From: Oopsacas minuta
Taxonomy: Eukaryota > Animalia > Porifera
Direction of reading: 5' to 3'
Length of the DNA stretch: 64,000 bases
Assembly (NCBI GenBank): GCA_024704765.1
Contig: JAKMXF010000352.1
Span: 62,001 to 126,000, forward strand
Part shown: in pieces, positions 61,682 to 64,000 of the stretch
Layout of the letters: each line of letters opens with the position of its first letter
How positions within the stretch are numbered: the stretch's first letter is position 1
Program-made: the position numbers and the translations under genes
The notes under the pieces: model-generated
What the model was told of the DNA's origin: nothing
What the model saw: the letters and a program-made list of their open reading frames with translations, nothing else
Databases searched by the model: none

Positions 61682-63520
61682 ATGGATGCGCATGAAGCAG
61701 CAAATTTAAGGTTTGGCGTTGGTGCTGTGACAAAGTGGGCAATATTAAGCTCACTTCTCATCAGCTATTCACGGAACGGCAGATGAGTAAACAAAATTAG
61801 TTTAACACTACACGAACGTATTGAACCCCTACTATGGACTAAAATTGTCTTGGCCAAATGTCTCATGTACAGCCTGTAAACTATATTTGGCCAAGATTGC
61901 GGGTAGTTATGCCCCACAGAAATAGCCAATTGGTTATATTTGGCCCAATCTCTTGCATCAAACGCATTCAACATGTACTCCCAGTAATCAATGCGCAATG
62001 TGTGAAGAAGCTACTAAATTTGGAAAACGTTCTGTTGCCAATTTGAAATCTCACATCCCAGACCAGGGAGACCGATGATAAATTCTCCAGCAAAGGTTGT
62101 AAACTTTGTGGCAAATGCGTAAGTGAAATTTCGCAAGGCATATCGCAACAATGAACTAAAAGGTCTCTGATTAACAATACACATCAAAATTAGATTACTG
62201 ATATGCACTCGATCAGTATACTTGTTATAACATGTTACAACGTTTTCAAGAAGGAGGCTACATTGCATTAAGGAACAAACTCCCAAGATAGGAAGGGGTT
62301 ATACCCTAATTGTCAGCGTTTCAGACTCTACATATTTTCCAACTCAATCAGAATGAAAAAGCACCGAATTGGGTTTGGCAAGATCATGCAACGTAAATCA
62401 ACTGGTGAAATGTCAAACAATCAGTTATATAAGTTTCCTTCACCACGCGAGAATCTGGAATTCGTTCTCCGACAATGGGGTATTACTATAGAAGAAGAAA
62501 GAATTTTGTATGGATATTATGGAGTGCACTTCAGTTACCCTTATCAAGGGAAAGAAAAGTATCAAAATGATACTAAGGATACTTTTGTGGTAGGATGTAA
62601 TGACATCAATACATTGCTTCGAAGATTTTCTGGTAAAATATATGGCGATAATCTACAACAATTGAAAACTAAACTCGGCCTTGTTATGGACGAAATTTTT
62701 TCAAAACTTGTACTCAGCTTTAGGAATGAGAATTCTGCAGATAAAGAATGTACATCTTTGGGTTACCAAAGTTCCTGAAAATTGTCATACCTTTCAGGGA
62801 ATTTTGAGGACAATCAAATAAGCTACTTTTGACAAACTATGATGCTATAATTACCGTTAATGGCCAAGCTGGGTTATTTCGATTGTTTTAATGGCAGGGC
62901 GGCATCCATGCATCTGGTGTATCTGGAAGAGCCACATATGTATAAACGAGACCTAGAATACATGCAGATGGTCTCTTCGACATTCAACGATGTTCGACAA
63001 ACCTTCTACAGTCCACAATAAGATCCAAACACGCAAATCATTGCATGGGTGTGGAAGATTTCCCTCCATTAGGAAAATGGATGTCAGATACAATGATTAG
63101 ATTCAATATTCTAGAGTTGCATCTATTGTTTGGAATGGGACAGAGTTGTATGATGCCATACTAACAACGACGGCTGAGGTAAAGATACTCTACGCATGAA
63201 TGTCTACTAAGAAGAATTACATCCAACTGCAATATGTGAACTGCTCACGATGTGTAATGAACTGGCTATTACTCATTCAAAATCTGTCTTCACAGTCCTG
63301 AAGAAATTTAGTGACAAGGTTGCATCATGGTTCGGGAATACATTGATCAGATTCATCAATTCGAAGAGGCTATAAATAGACAGGGCTACCATGTTCAACT
63401 AAAGTCCTTATTATTTGGCGCCACACATTGTACCTTTTGTTCAAAACTACATTCTTTCAGGAAAGAGTCTGACAATGTCTCTGAGCAAGCTGTGGAATAA
63501 TCTCACTCTAAATTTTGAAG
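61682..63520 (+). pseudogene. unidentified decayed long ORF (about 600 codons), divergent from the mannosidase start
   Basis: ATG at 61682 (MDAHEAANLRFGVGAVTKW). Protein-like stretches link across stops and frameshifts, including the 141-aa ORF 62353-62778 and EELHPTAICELLTMCNELAITHSKSVFTVLKKFSDKVASWFG. No family recognised. Confidence 0.4.
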
Positions 63521-64000
63521 GTATGGAGTAGATACAAAGCAATAAAGATGTCAAAATTTTCCCGAAATCTATATAATGCAGTTTGTAGGGATAATTGGAT
63601 AAACTACTCCATATCATTATCTAATATATTTGTAATTTTGTGTACTTGTTATGGTAAATACCAATAGTAATATTATTATCCTATATTGAAGAGATCAAAT
63701 TTGTAATATACAGTTTTGACACCAAATTTTTAAACGACAATTGCAAAAAAGATTTTGATGACAATAATTTATCAAAATAGTTTCAAAATTTACAAGGATT
63801 CGGTACAAAAATGTAAATTTCGTGGGGTCAGTATTCTTTTGGCCGAGATTATGATTTCAGAGACCCGTGTTCTGGGCCCCTTACAAAAAGTTACTTCATA
63901 TCGGATAAACTATTTATTAATGCAATTGCAAAGTAAATAATATCAGCATATGAATTATGAATAAATTAGATTAGCTAAAAAGTATTTAAATTATTGTATT

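Noticed and set aside
1-64000. Fanzor/TnpB-like nuclease or other cargo in the intact TIR elements
   Set aside because: The intact elements have standard sizes and a single transposase ORF; no RuvC plus zinc-finger ORF appears in the six-frame track.
1-64000. rRNA, tRNA or snRNA genes
   Set aside because: No cloverleaf or conserved rRNA/snRNA sequence was recognised by eye; a covariance-model scan would be needed to exclude them.

Overview
AT-rich animal (eukaryotic) DNA. It holds one intact host gene and a dense, heavily nested set of DNA transposons. The host gene is a 3-exon Golgi alpha-1,2-mannosidase (GH47, MAN1A/MAN1C type) on the minus strand. Its exons are 60764-60404, 45643-45456 and 27010-25766, with GT-AG junctions and consistent phases, giving 597 aa; its introns are 14,760 and 18,445 bp. 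Three Tc1/mariner-superfamily elements have intact transposases: mariner DD34D (450-1753), Tc1 DD34E (8565-9936) and pogo/Tigger DD33D (38750-41089, nested in a dead Tc1). Decayed mariner, maT, rosa-like, hAT, P/THAP9-like and Mutator-like elements and MITEs fill much of the rest. The most notable find is three RAG1-like/Transib transposon copies. The most complete (18732-21801) has terminal inverted repeats starting with the exact V(D)J RSS heptamer CACAGTG. Its frameshifted ~740-codon frame keeps an NBD-like region, the D-D-E triad, the C2H2 zinc ligands and a C-terminal CxxCxxxGH motif, and there is no RAG2-like partner. It sits inside a mariner, which sits inside an older RAG1-like copy, which appears to cut a P element. 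Also notable is a pair of inverted, dead mariners flanking the last mannosidase exon; they are near-identical in the middle but divergent at the ends, suggesting gene conversion. All protein family calls come from manual translation and motif recognition; no database search was run.
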